From a virus (lineage: Duplodnaviria > Caudoviricetes): DNA of 64,000 bases. Shown here piece by piece: positions 1-8,213 of the stretch. The stretch covers positions 29,878 through 93,877 of IMG/VR virus record IMGVR_UViG_2934051868_000003, one strand, 5' to 3'. Position numbers and translations under genes: made by a program. The notes beneath the pieces were generated by a model, which worked only from the letters and a program-made list of their open reading frames with translations, searched no databases and was not told the DNA's origin. Each line of letters opens with the position of its first letter. Positions within the stretch are counted from its first letter, which is position 1.

Positions 1-269
1 TCGTCCGGTTCGTTCCGGACGCCGGCCGGCTTGCCCGTTTTGGTTGTGCAGCGGGTCACACGTGTTGGCTGGCCTGCGGGTTTGGGTGTCGGCTGCGTGA
101 CAGTTGTTTCCCATATCGGTACAACACGCGGCGGTGTGACGTGGGCCACTCGCGTTTTCGGTGACGCGGTGTATCGGCCGCCCCTGTTTGTCCACATTCT
201 CGCCGCTGCCGTCCGCGCCCTTTGGGCGGCCGGCGCTTCCCAGTCCGCGTTTCCCCTGCTCAACGGCCG

Positions 270-298
270 TAGACCATGCAGCGCTAGCGCTGCATACT
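270..298 (+). promoter_or_regulatory. Putative promoter TAGACC-N17-CATACT with a perfect 20-bp palindrome (ATGCAGCGCTAGCGCTGCAT, 276-295) as likely operator
   Basis: Palindrome read directly; spacing fits a sigma70-type promoter upstream of the 332 ORF. Confidence 0.55.
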
Positions 299-331
299 AG
301 GTGGATTGCCGCCACACCCCAGGGAGCCGAC

Positions 332-538
332 ATGGTCACCGCCGAGGACATCCGCACCGCCACCAACGCCGACGACATCCGCGCCCGCCTCACCGCCATG
401 ACCGTCCCGCAGCTCAACGCCCTCGCCGGACAACTCGACATCTGGGTGTACGGCAACAAGGGCGACCGGGTCCGCGAGATCGCGACGCACGGCGTGCAGC
501 GCCGGCTCACCGCCGCCGTCCTCTCCCGCCCCCGCTGA
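332..538 (+). CDS. Small hypothetical protein (68 aa, helical, HeH/Rho-N-like)
   Basis: RBS AGGGAG before ATG 332; MVTAEDIR...; followed by a terminator. Confidence 0.7.
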   Translation: MVTAEDIRTATNADDIRARLTAMTVPQLNALAGQLDIWVYGNKGDRVREIATHGVQRRLTAAVLSRPR

Positions 539-552
539 ACCACCCCCACACA

Positions 553-608
553 CAAAGAGAGCCGCCCCGCCCCCTCGACAGTGAGGGAAGCGGGGCGGCT
601 CTTTCTCT
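553..608. terminator. Bidirectional intrinsic terminator between convergent genes
   Basis: Stem AGAGCCGCCCCGC / GCGGGGCGGCTCT with A- and T-rich flanks. Confidence 0.75.
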
Positions 609-621
609 GCGCGGCGGCAGT

Positions 622-996
622 TCAGGCGGTGCGCTCCACCTGCGGGGCGGTGCCCTTCGACGGCACGCCGTTGTCCGAGACGGCCGGGGCGACGACGACG
701 CCGAGGGCCTGGCCGGCGGTCAGCAGCAGCAGGATCCACTCGTTCGAGTCGAGCCCACCCAGGATCAGGGTGGCGAGCACCTGAAGGACCGCCAGCAGCG
801 TGTTGACGGCCGTCTTCCCCCACCGGTACTCCGGGGCCAGCGGCACCACGAACGTACCCAGCGCGCCCGCGAACGCGATAGCCACCGCCACCCACTCGGT
901 GGGCTCGATGTGGTTGTCGCCCGAAGATGCCGCATAGACGGCGACGAGGGCGGCGAAGAACGTGGAGGCGATGGCCTTGCCGTACTTGTTGAACAT
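622..996 (-). CDS. Putative holin (4 TM, internal two-fold repeat)
   Basis: Hydrophobic helices; repeats EPTEW..AGALG..VP and DSNEW..GQALG..AP; RBS GAGGAGG; end of lysis module. Confidence 0.7.
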   Translation of the reverse strand: MFNKYGKAIASTFFAALVAVYAASSGDNHIEPTEWVAVAIAFAGALGTFVVPLAPEYRWGKTAVNTLLAVLQVLATLILGGLDSNEWILLLLTAGQALGVVVAPAVSDNGVPSKGTAPQVERTA

Positions 997-1093
997 GACC
1001 CCTCCTCAGGGGTTGAGCTGGTGGAAGGAAACCGGCCCCAAACCTGAACGGTCCGGCCGGGCATTCAAGGAAACGGCCCGTAGCCTGAACGGC

Positions 1094-1516
1094 ATGGGCG
1101 ACAAGCCGAGCCAGCCGTGGAACACCACCGGCATCCGCCGTGTGCAACGGTGGCGGCGAGGACACGCCAACGCCTACGACACCGCGACGATCACGCTGAG
1201 CATCACCCCGGGCGGGCAGTGGCTCGTCGAGCAGTCCCGGGTCACCGCAGGCGCCCGCGCCTACGACAGCGAGCAGGACGCCCGCCATGCGATCGGGCGG
1301 CTACAGGCCGGCGGCGGCTGGGTGGAGACACCCGCCAACTACGACGCCCGGCACCAGCCCACCGAGCCGGGCTGGACCAAACGCGGCGGCCAGTGGATCC
1401 GCGAGCCGGTCAGCAACGATCCGACGGCGGCGGAGGCGGCGGCAGCGTCGCCCGCAGCTTCTCCTGCTCCTCCAACGTGTCCCGCCACCGCTTCAACGCC
1501 ACCCGAACCTCAGTGA
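1094..1516 (+). CDS. Hypothetical protein, probably leaderless
   Basis: -10 TAGCCT at 1081-1086 just before ATG 1094; GC3-rich codons. Confidence 0.6.
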   Translation: MGDKPSQPWNTTGIRRVQRWRRGHANAYDTATITLSITPGGQWLVEQSRVTAGARAYDSEQDARHAIGRLQAGGGWVETPANYDARHQPTEPGWTKRGGQWIREPVSNDPTAAEAAAASPAASPAPPTCPATASTPPEPQ

Positions 1517-1562
1517 TGTAATCGGACAGCATCTGGACACGCGCCCATCGAGCGCAAGGAGA

Positions 1563-2204
1563 CTAGACGGCCTGGCTCGGCACAACCTGTCGCCTCTGCT
1601 TACGCCGTTCCTCCGAAGCCCTATTGCAAGCCCGGCACTGCCAGACCCCCGTTGACGGCACCACGTACAGATTCTCACCTGCGTACGGGTGCCCGCGGCG
1701 ACAGTGGGACGGGCGTGGCTTCGGCGGCTTGTTGGTCCGCGCATGTGCGCGAGCGGCCGACCGCGCGGAGTTCTTGCGCTGATAGCGGCACGTCCGACAG
1801 GTCCGCTTCTCGTATCCGCCTTCAACGCGGATGTGAGTGTTCACCGCAGTGAATTCGTGACCTTGTACGCAGTGGGTCTTACGAGCGGGATATGCCCGGC
1901 TCACGTTCTCAGGACCGGAGAGCGGAACAAGATGCTGGGGGCGGACGCATCGGCGGTGGAGGCATCCGGTTCCACCGCGGCACGTCGGATCAGCGGTGTG
2001 GCAGATGTGCTCGATGGTCATGCCAGCCGGGATCGGCCCCACAAAGTGCTCGTAGGCGAAGCGGTGCGCGGAGACAGACTTCCCGTAAGCGCTGAACCGG
2101 GCATAGCCGCTCTTGGTGACCTGCTTGGTCCAGAGCCAGCAGCCGCCGTCGGCCTGCTTGACCTTGCCCATGAAGCGGTCGGTGATCGGTATAACCTTGC
2201 CCAT
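1563..2204 (-). CDS. HNH homing endonuclease with C-terminal Cys/His repeats
   Basis: CWLW, AHRFAYE, HIC...RRCVRPQHL...N; repeats THCVQGH..C..C and SHCRRGH..C..C; RBS GAAGGAG. Confidence 0.85.
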   Translation of the reverse strand: MGKVIPITDRFMGKVKQADGGCWLWTKQVTKSGYARFSAYGKSVSAHRFAYEHFVGPIPAGMTIEHICHTADPTCRGGTGCLHRRCVRPQHLVPLSGPENVSRAYPARKTHCVQGHEFTAVNTHIRVEGGYEKRTCRTCRYQRKNSARSAARAHARTNKPPKPRPSHCRRGHPYAGENLYVVPSTGVWQCRACNRASEERRKQRRQVVPSQAV

Positions 2205-2293
2205 GCGGGCTCCTTCATCTCGCTGGCAGTCCGTCAGGTCCCGGGCGTTCGCAGCGCGCCGGGACCACCTATTTTCGCACGTCGTGGCTAGTT

Positions 2294-2779
2294 TCATCCA
2301 TCTTGCCGAGTCGGCCCTCGTTGGGCAGCAGGGTCTTCGTCAACGACCTCATCGCCTTCGGCGGTCACCATCACCCGCAACTGCTGCAACGCCGTACCCG
2401 GATCCTCTGCCGCAGCGGCACGCACGATCGCCGACCGCCACGACTTCAACATGCGCGTCAACTCCCGCACGGTCGCCCGCAGATCACCGATCTCAGATTG
2501 CGCCGCCTCCGCCTGCTCCCGCGCCGCGTTCACCTGCGTGCGGGCGCCCTTCACCTCCACTTCCAGTTCGGTGACCCTGGCGCGCAGTGGCTCCACCAGC
2601 GTCAACGCGGTGTCGGTGATGACATCCGCCGCATCAGCTTTGATCTTCTTCCGCTGCATGATCGTCGCCACCAACGCGGCAACACCACCCGCCCCACCCA
2701 CCAGGCCGATGATTGTGATGACGGTTGACACCCACGAGCCGCCGACAGGTGGCGCTTCGGCAGCCCACAACGCGGTCAA
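2294..2779 (-). CDS. Membrane-anchored coiled-coil protein (lysis cassette)
   Basis: N-terminal TM then heptad coiled coil; TTG start overlaps the upstream stop. Confidence 0.7.
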   Translation of the reverse strand: MTALWAAEAPPVGGSWVSTVITIIGLVGGAGGVAALVATIMQRKKIKADAADVITDTALTLVEPLRARVTELEVEVKGARTQVNAAREQAEAAQSEIGDLRATVRELTRMLKSWRSAIVRAAAAEDPGTALQQLRVMVTAEGDEVVDEDPAAQRGPTRQDG

Positions 2780-3243
2780 CGTTCCCTCTCCATCAGCAGC
2801 GGCACGTCCGCGGTCAAACCCTGCTCGGCGGCCCGCGCCACCCGCCGAAGGTCGCGGATGATCTGCCCGACACGCGCCCACGACGCGACCGCCACCGCGA
2901 CGATGAACGCCCCCGCAGCGATCGCATTCATGCCCGACACCACATACAGGGCGACGGCGTACATGCTGGTGGAGGTACCCAATGCGACCATCGACACCAG
3001 CTCGACACCCATGGAGGTAGGCAGGCTACCCGGCCACGCAAGCGCGGCCAAGCCGATCACCCCTGCGACGACCAGCCCGACCTGCCAGGCCGCCTGCACT
3101 CCGGCAGGCATGGCCGCGGCGACGGATGCGGGCCGCCGGTCGGTGACCATGAGGACGACCCCGCAGATCAGGACGGCGAGCAGAACGGCGATTTCGAAGG
3201 GGTGCCGTCCGGACACGATCTGAACGGGGCGGGCCCGGTTCAC
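2776..3243 (-). CDS. 4-TM membrane protein (lysis cassette)
   Basis: Four hydrophobic segments; directly after the endolysin. Confidence 0.75.
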   Translation of the reverse strand: MNRARPVQIVSGRHPFEIAVLLAVLICGVVLMVTDRRPASVAAAMPAGVQAAWQVGLVVAGVIGLAALAWPGSLPTSMGVELVSMVALGTSTSMYAVALYVVSGMNAIAAGAFIVAVAVASWARVGQIIRDLRRVARAAEQGLTADVPLLMERER

Positions 3244-4952
3244 GTGGCGAGCCGGCGGGACAGTTCGTCAGCCACGTCCTGGGCGAGCTGCGCGGGGATC
3301 GCGGCGGCGATCTTCTCCGGAGGCAGTCCGGCCAGCACACCCGCCACGATCGCCTGCTCATCCACGTCACCCGGCTTCGGCAGCGCGGCCAGAGCAGCAG
3401 CCAACTCGGTCGGGTTGACGCCTTCCGCGCCGATCAGGGCAGGAAGCTTCCCCAGCAGCGTCGACACCGCCTGAACCTGCGCGACCAGCCACATCGGCTG
3501 CCCGCCGCCCTTCAAGTCCGCGCGCACCACCGGCCGCCCGTTCGCCGCGGCTTCCATCCGCGCGTCCGTGTACGCAGTCTGCGACAGCAAGGTGGGCAGC
3601 GCCGCGGCGAGCTGGTCGAGCACCGCCGCATGCTTATCGGTGAAGTTCGCCATGTCGTCCTCCAGAATTCCGATCTCGGTCAGGTAGCGGCGGAACACCG
3701 CGGACTGGTCAGCGCCCGCCTTGATGGCGTCCCGGTGATAGCTGATGTGCGTGTGCCACCTGTGGGAGTCATCCCCCGTGCGTCGCTTCCCGAGGCGGTC
3801 CCAGCGGACCACCGTCCGCCCGTCCAGCGAGTAGATGACCTCCCGAACGTCGCGGGTGTCGGCGGTGCCCTGCGCGCACTGCGACACCAGCCAGGCGGAC
3901 AGGTGCGGCAGGTCGTAGCGTCGCCCGCCGACGGTCACCTCGAACTGGCCGATGTCGAGGGCGCACGCGAACGACGACAGGCCGGTCCGGTCCCGGGATG
4001 ACTCGACCACGCTGTAGTCGTTGCCGACCACCCGGTCGGCGCCGCAGTGGTAGCCGCCGCGGTGGGCCGGGTCCCCGACGATGCCGACCTCGGCGGGCTC
4101 CAGGTCGGCGTCGACCACCTTGCCCGGGTTGATGTCGAGGTAGGTCAGCAGCAGCCGGCGGGCGTCGAGCAGGGTTTGTGGTGCGGTGGTAGCCATCGCC
4201 GCCTCCTCCACGATCAGGGTTTGCCACGCCGCCATGGCCGTCTCCGACCCGGATGCCATCAGGTCACAGCCGCCCTTGTGGAACCACGCGACCGCCAGGC
4301 CGCCGTCGGCGCGCACGGCGTCGACCATGGCCCGCATCCACGCCGACCGGCCCGACCCGTCGGCGTCGCCGGCAATCTGCACCGCCCCCAGTTCGGCGAC
4401 CGCGTACGGAACACCCAGCTCGGCGGCGACCGCCCGCGGAATCGACAGCAGATCATCCGCGCCGCGGTACGTTTTGCCGTCGTTGTAGATGTCCCAGCCC
4501 ACAAAGTCGGGTCGCACTTTCGGCATCCACCTGCGGTCCCCGGCCCACTTCTGCCACCAATAGCGGGTGTAGATGGGGCCGATGAGGATTTCGTCGCGGA
4601 GCGGGTGCCCCTCGAACACATCCATCAGGGCGGCCTGCTGGGTGTGGTAGTCGTCCAGCGGCGGGTCGCCGGTTTCGGGGCCCTGCTCCGGTTCGTGGTC
4701 CTCCGACAGCATCAGCAGCATGCCGGGCGGCTTCAACCCCGCCCAGGCGGCGACGTCTGACGGTGGGTTCGTTTTGTAGGACAGCCACACCACCGGCACC
4801 CCGGCGGCAACGACCGGACCCAGAACGGGGCCGTCCCAGGCGGGCAACGGTTTCCCGGCCTCAACGAAGATCCGGGCCACGGTGGTGCCCTGGTAGGCGT
4901 CGAGCATGACTTTCGTGGCTCGGGCGCCGGGGCACCAGCCCAGCCAGGTCAT
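3240..4952 (-). CDS. Endolysin: GH26-like TIM-barrel domain fused to a His-dependent peptidase-like domain
   Basis: DHEPE, VGWDIY and VAELG (clan GH-A); GYH...ALD...HxWHTHIS metal ligands; position before membrane genes. Confidence 0.7.
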   Translation of the reverse strand: MTWLGWCPGARATKVMLDAYQGTTVARIFVEAGKPLPAWDGPVLGPVVAAGVPVVWLSYKTNPPSDVAAWAGLKPPGMLLMLSEDHEPEQGPETGDPPLDDYHTQQAALMDVFEGHPLRDEILIGPIYTRYWWQKWAGDRRWMPKVRPDFVGWDIYNDGKTYRGADDLLSIPRAVAAELGVPYAVAELGAVQIAGDADGSGRSAWMRAMVDAVRADGGLAVAWFHKGGCDLMASGSETAMAAWQTLIVEEAAMATTAPQTLLDARRLLLTYLDINPGKVVDADLEPAEVGIVGDPAHRGGYHCGADRVVGNDYSVVESSRDRTGLSSFACALDIGQFEVTVGGRRYDLPHLSAWLVSQCAQGTADTRDVREVIYSLDGRTVVRWDRLGKRRTGDDSHRWHTHISYHRDAIKAGADQSAVFRRYLTEIGILEDDMANFTDKHAAVLDQLAAALPTLLSQTAYTDARMEAAANGRPVVRADLKGGGQPMWLVAQVQAVSTLLGKLPALIGAEGVNPTELAAALAALPKPGDVDEQAIVAGVLAGLPPEKIAAAIPAQLAQDVADELSRRLAT

Positions 4953-5398
4953 CAGACCCGCTCCACCATCATCAGGTTGGTTTGCCGGGCGTCACCGAAC
5001 GAGGTGATGCTGCCGGTGCCGGTGTCACGCACGGCGAACACACCCACCGTGATGTCACCGGACAGGCCGGTGATCGTCGCGATGGACGTGCACACCTGCC
5101 CCTTCCCGGCGATGTCGGCGTTGGGTAGCTGCGACATGATCTCGGTGCTGCTGCTGTTGGGGTTGCCGAGGCCGGTGGTGTAGCGCAGCCGCACCCGGAT
5201 CAGGTCACCGGCGACGGACGACTGCACCGACTGCAACGCGGTGATCTTGTACCGTGCGGCGGGGTTCGCGTTGAACGACACCGTCTGCAACAGCGTTTCC
5301 GTCGTCGTGAACGTGCCCACCGACGTGTTTCGCAACGACTCCGCCACCCAGCCGGGCAGCAGCGCGGTGTAGACGGTGTCCCCGGCAGCAAGCGGCAT
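4952..5398 (-). CDS. Minor tail protein
   Basis: Beta-rich 148 aa after the tail tip gene. Confidence 0.6.
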   Translation of the reverse strand: MPLAAGDTVYTALLPGWVAESLRNTSVGTFTTTETLLQTVSFNANPAARYKITALQSVQSSVAGDLIRVRLRYTTGLGNPNSSSTEIMSQLPNADIAGKGQVCTSIATITGLSGDITVGVFAVRDTGTGSITSFGDARQTNLMMVERV

Positions 5399-5417
5399 GG
5401 CAGCCTCCCGATCGTGG

Positions 5418-8192
5418 TTAGAGGGCGATCACGGCCGGCTGCCACACCGTCACCGGCGCCCCGGCAGGGTGGGCTTTGACGACACCGTTCACGGACCGGG
5501 CGGCGACGGTCGCGGTTTGCGGGCTGGACGTGCCGGTGATCGCCGACACCGTCACCCGCTCCCCGTTCACGTCCAGGTCGAGCGGAAACGAGGCCGCTTT
5601 CGTGGTCCACAGACCGGACGAGCCGACCGTGGCGAGCGACAAGGTGGTGGCCGCTGCTGTCGCCGATGCCGCCAGGGTGGCCCCGGTCGGCGCGACCCGC
5701 TGCGGGCCGTCGGCGACGGCGACGTCCCACGGCTGTGCCGGTTCCGGGTCGAACCGGACCAGCCACTGCCGCGGGCCAAGGGTTTCCGTCCAACCCATGA
5801 CGATCCGGTCCAGCGCACCTGGCCGGTACTGGGCGGGCGGGTTGATCCGCACCACCCGCGCACCGACCCGGCACGACAGCCACCCGTCGACCATGCCGGG
5901 GTTGGCGGCCAGATCAACCGGAACACTGTCCTCACGCAGGTCGACGACACCGCCGAGGTGCACCCGCCACGACGCCTGGTCGATTAGGTCGGCGTCGTAG
6001 GCGAGGTTCAACTCGACGCTGTCCGAGTAGACGCCCCGCCGCTGCGAGTCCACGTCAACGTCGATCGCGAACGACCCGTTCCGCCGGTCGACCTTCCACT
6101 GGTTGCGGATCAACTGGTCGTCGTAGGTCGGGGCGAGAACATCCGTGGCGCTGGTCTGGTCGGAGCGGCGCAACGTCGCCAGGTCGACCGTCAAGTCCGC
6201 CGGCTGGTTGTAGCGGTCGGCGCGGGGCAGGTACGCCACCCCGAAACTGCGCTCATACAGGGTGCCACCGTCAACGTCTACGCATTCCTGCGCTAGATCA
6301 ATCAGGCTGCCTGCGGGCTGTGAACCCATCCGCTGCACCGCCAGCGCGGGCACCGCCGGCACGTCGGCAGACACGCTGTTCTCGGCGAACAGGCGGGCGA
6401 GGCGGATCGTTGCGGCCTCCCGCTGCCACGAGTCCAGGGAACCAAGCACGACACGGCCGTACACATCCGGCGACGCCGGCTGAACCGGCGTGCGCTGGGC
6501 GGCCCACACGGCGAGGTGACCAAACGGAAGCTGCGTGTTCTGCGTGGTGCGTGTCGTGTTCAAACCCACCGATGCGACCCCCGTGAGGGTGCCGCTCAGC
6601 GAGCCGGTCAGATAGTACGACCCGGTGAAGGTCAAGTATCCGACGTTGATCGTGCCGCCGGACTGCCACACCCCAAAGTCGTAGCTGACGATGCTCCCTC
6701 CGGTCACACCACCGGAGTCGATAACGGTCGTGGCCGCACCGGACTGGTCGTAGGCGACGATTTGCTCTCGTAGCAGAGTCTTGCGGTAGATGAGCTGCCA
6801 CTTCACGTATGTGCCGCCGGGGGTGTTGACCTCGGCCAGCACGATGTCGGCTGCCGCTGTGAGGTAGTCGGGGGCCGCTACGAGACTTACCGCCCACGCC
6901 GTCGCGGTGGCCTTGGTGACGTCGCTGGGCAGCGCCGCCGATACTGTGCCCCCGCCTGCGAGGTTGAGCAGCGCGAGCGTGCCGGCCTGCAAGTAGAGGA
7001 ATGAGCCCGATTGCAGGACGGTGTCTTCGATCGCCACGAACTGGGATGCACCTGTGACCCGCAGCGGCGGAGCGTTGGTGATCGCGCCGCCTTGCTGGGA
7101 GGTGGCGCCGTCTTCCAGCGGCCAGTAGGCGACCGGTCCGGCGGCGCGGATGGTGCGGCGCATCGGCGATTCGGGGTCGCGTGCGCCCTGCTGGATGCGG
7201 CGTAGCACCCCCGAGCAGGTCACCTCCACCGCCGACGACATGTTCCCCACCTCGCCGGTGGGCAGGTAGGTGGGCTTCCACTGGTCTGCGTACCCGGCGA
7301 ACCGCTCCACCCGCACCGCGTAGTTCCGGTGGTAGGCGTAGACGGGCAGGGTGTTGGTGTTCCCGACGACCAGCCACGACTGGACACCCGTGGCGCCGGC
7401 GGTGGTGAGGGTGTTGTCGGTGGCGGTCAGCTGCCAGCCGGACGGCTCCGGCCCGGCCGGGTTCCACACCTTGATCGCCAGTTTCGTGCCGACCACCGAC
7501 GCCCGGACCCGCAGGTACGTGTTGGCGGCGTAGGCGAGGCCGGGCACGGGGTCGAGGACGGCCAGGTCGGTGAAGCTGACCCCCGCAGCGCGGGTGATCT
7601 TCAACATGACCCCGGTGCCGCCCGCTTTCATCTCGCACCGCAGCCAGTAGAAGTTCGTCCCGTCGAACCGGAACACCAGCCCCGTCACCAACGCCGCACC
7701 GGTCAGCAACGCCGACGGGGCGACGTCCACGGTCTGCTCGCAGTCCAGCAGCGACGTGTTGAGGGTGGTGCGGCGGACGGCGTTCACCGCCGCGTGGGTG
7801 TGCCGGCCCGCCCCGCCGGTGACCGCGTAGTTGGACAGCGCGCCGGAGCTGCTGGTCCACACGTGCCCCGACTCGGTGGTCCCCCACTCGTTCGACACCG
7901 TCCGGGCGAACGTGTCCTCAGCCCTGCGTAGGCGTACCCGCAGCGGCGTGCCCAAGTCCACGTTCGGCCAGTACGGCGACATCGGGTGCAGGGGGGTGAG
8001 CGCCCCGTCGTCGTTGTGCAACGTCACCGAGCAGGTCGACGGGGTGGGGAACACGTTCTGCCGCACAGTGATCGGATTCGCCCGCAGCCGCGACGTCAGG
8101 TCCGTCCACGCCCACGTGCCCGGGTCGGCGGTGAGGGTGGCACCGAACGCCGCCTCCACCTCGACGGGCAGGTCACGGTCATCCGGCCACAC
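5418..8192 (-). CDS. Large tail tip/baseplate protein with LamG/concanavalin-like domains
   Basis: Immediately after tape measure; PVAYWPLED motif; beta-rich. Confidence 0.8.
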   Translation of the reverse strand: MWPDDRDLPVEVEAAFGATLTADPGTWAWTDLTSRLRANPITVRQNVFPTPSTCSVTLHNDDGALTPLHPMSPYWPNVDLGTPLRVRLRRAEDTFARTVSNEWGTTESGHVWTSSSGALSNYAVTGGAGRHTHAAVNAVRRTTLNTSLLDCEQTVDVAPSALLTGAALVTGLVFRFDGTNFYWLRCEMKAGGTGVMLKITRAAGVSFTDLAVLDPVPGLAYAANTYLRVRASVVGTKLAIKVWNPAGPEPSGWQLTATDNTLTTAGATGVQSWLVVGNTNTLPVYAYHRNYAVRVERFAGYADQWKPTYLPTGEVGNMSSAVEVTCSGVLRRIQQGARDPESPMRRTIRAAGPVAYWPLEDGATSQQGGAITNAPPLRVTGASQFVAIEDTVLQSGSFLYLQAGTLALLNLAGGGTVSAALPSDVTKATATAWAVSLVAAPDYLTAAADIVLAEVNTPGGTYVKWQLIYRKTLLREQIVAYDQSGAATTVIDSGGVTGGSIVSYDFGVWQSGGTINVGYLTFTGSYYLTGSLSGTLTGVASVGLNTTRTTQNTQLPFGHLAVWAAQRTPVQPASPDVYGRVVLGSLDSWQREAATIRLARLFAENSVSADVPAVPALAVQRMGSQPAGSLIDLAQECVDVDGGTLYERSFGVAYLPRADRYNQPADLTVDLATLRRSDQTSATDVLAPTYDDQLIRNQWKVDRRNGSFAIDVDVDSQRRGVYSDSVELNLAYDADLIDQASWRVHLGGVVDLREDSVPVDLAANPGMVDGWLSCRVGARVVRINPPAQYRPGALDRIVMGWTETLGPRQWLVRFDPEPAQPWDVAVADGPQRVAPTGATLAASATAAATTLSLATVGSSGLWTTKAASFPLDLDVNGERVTVSAITGTSSPQTATVAARSVNGVVKAHPAGAPVTVWQPAVIAL

Positions 8193-8213
8193 GAGCGCCC
8201 ACCACCCTCCCCG

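Noticed and set aside
1-160. Possible attachment site or genome end
   Set aside because: No integrase, tRNA or matching repeat within the window to support it.
1563-2297. Group I intron around the HNH gene
   Set aside because: Too little non-coding flank for an intron core and no recognisable P-elements.
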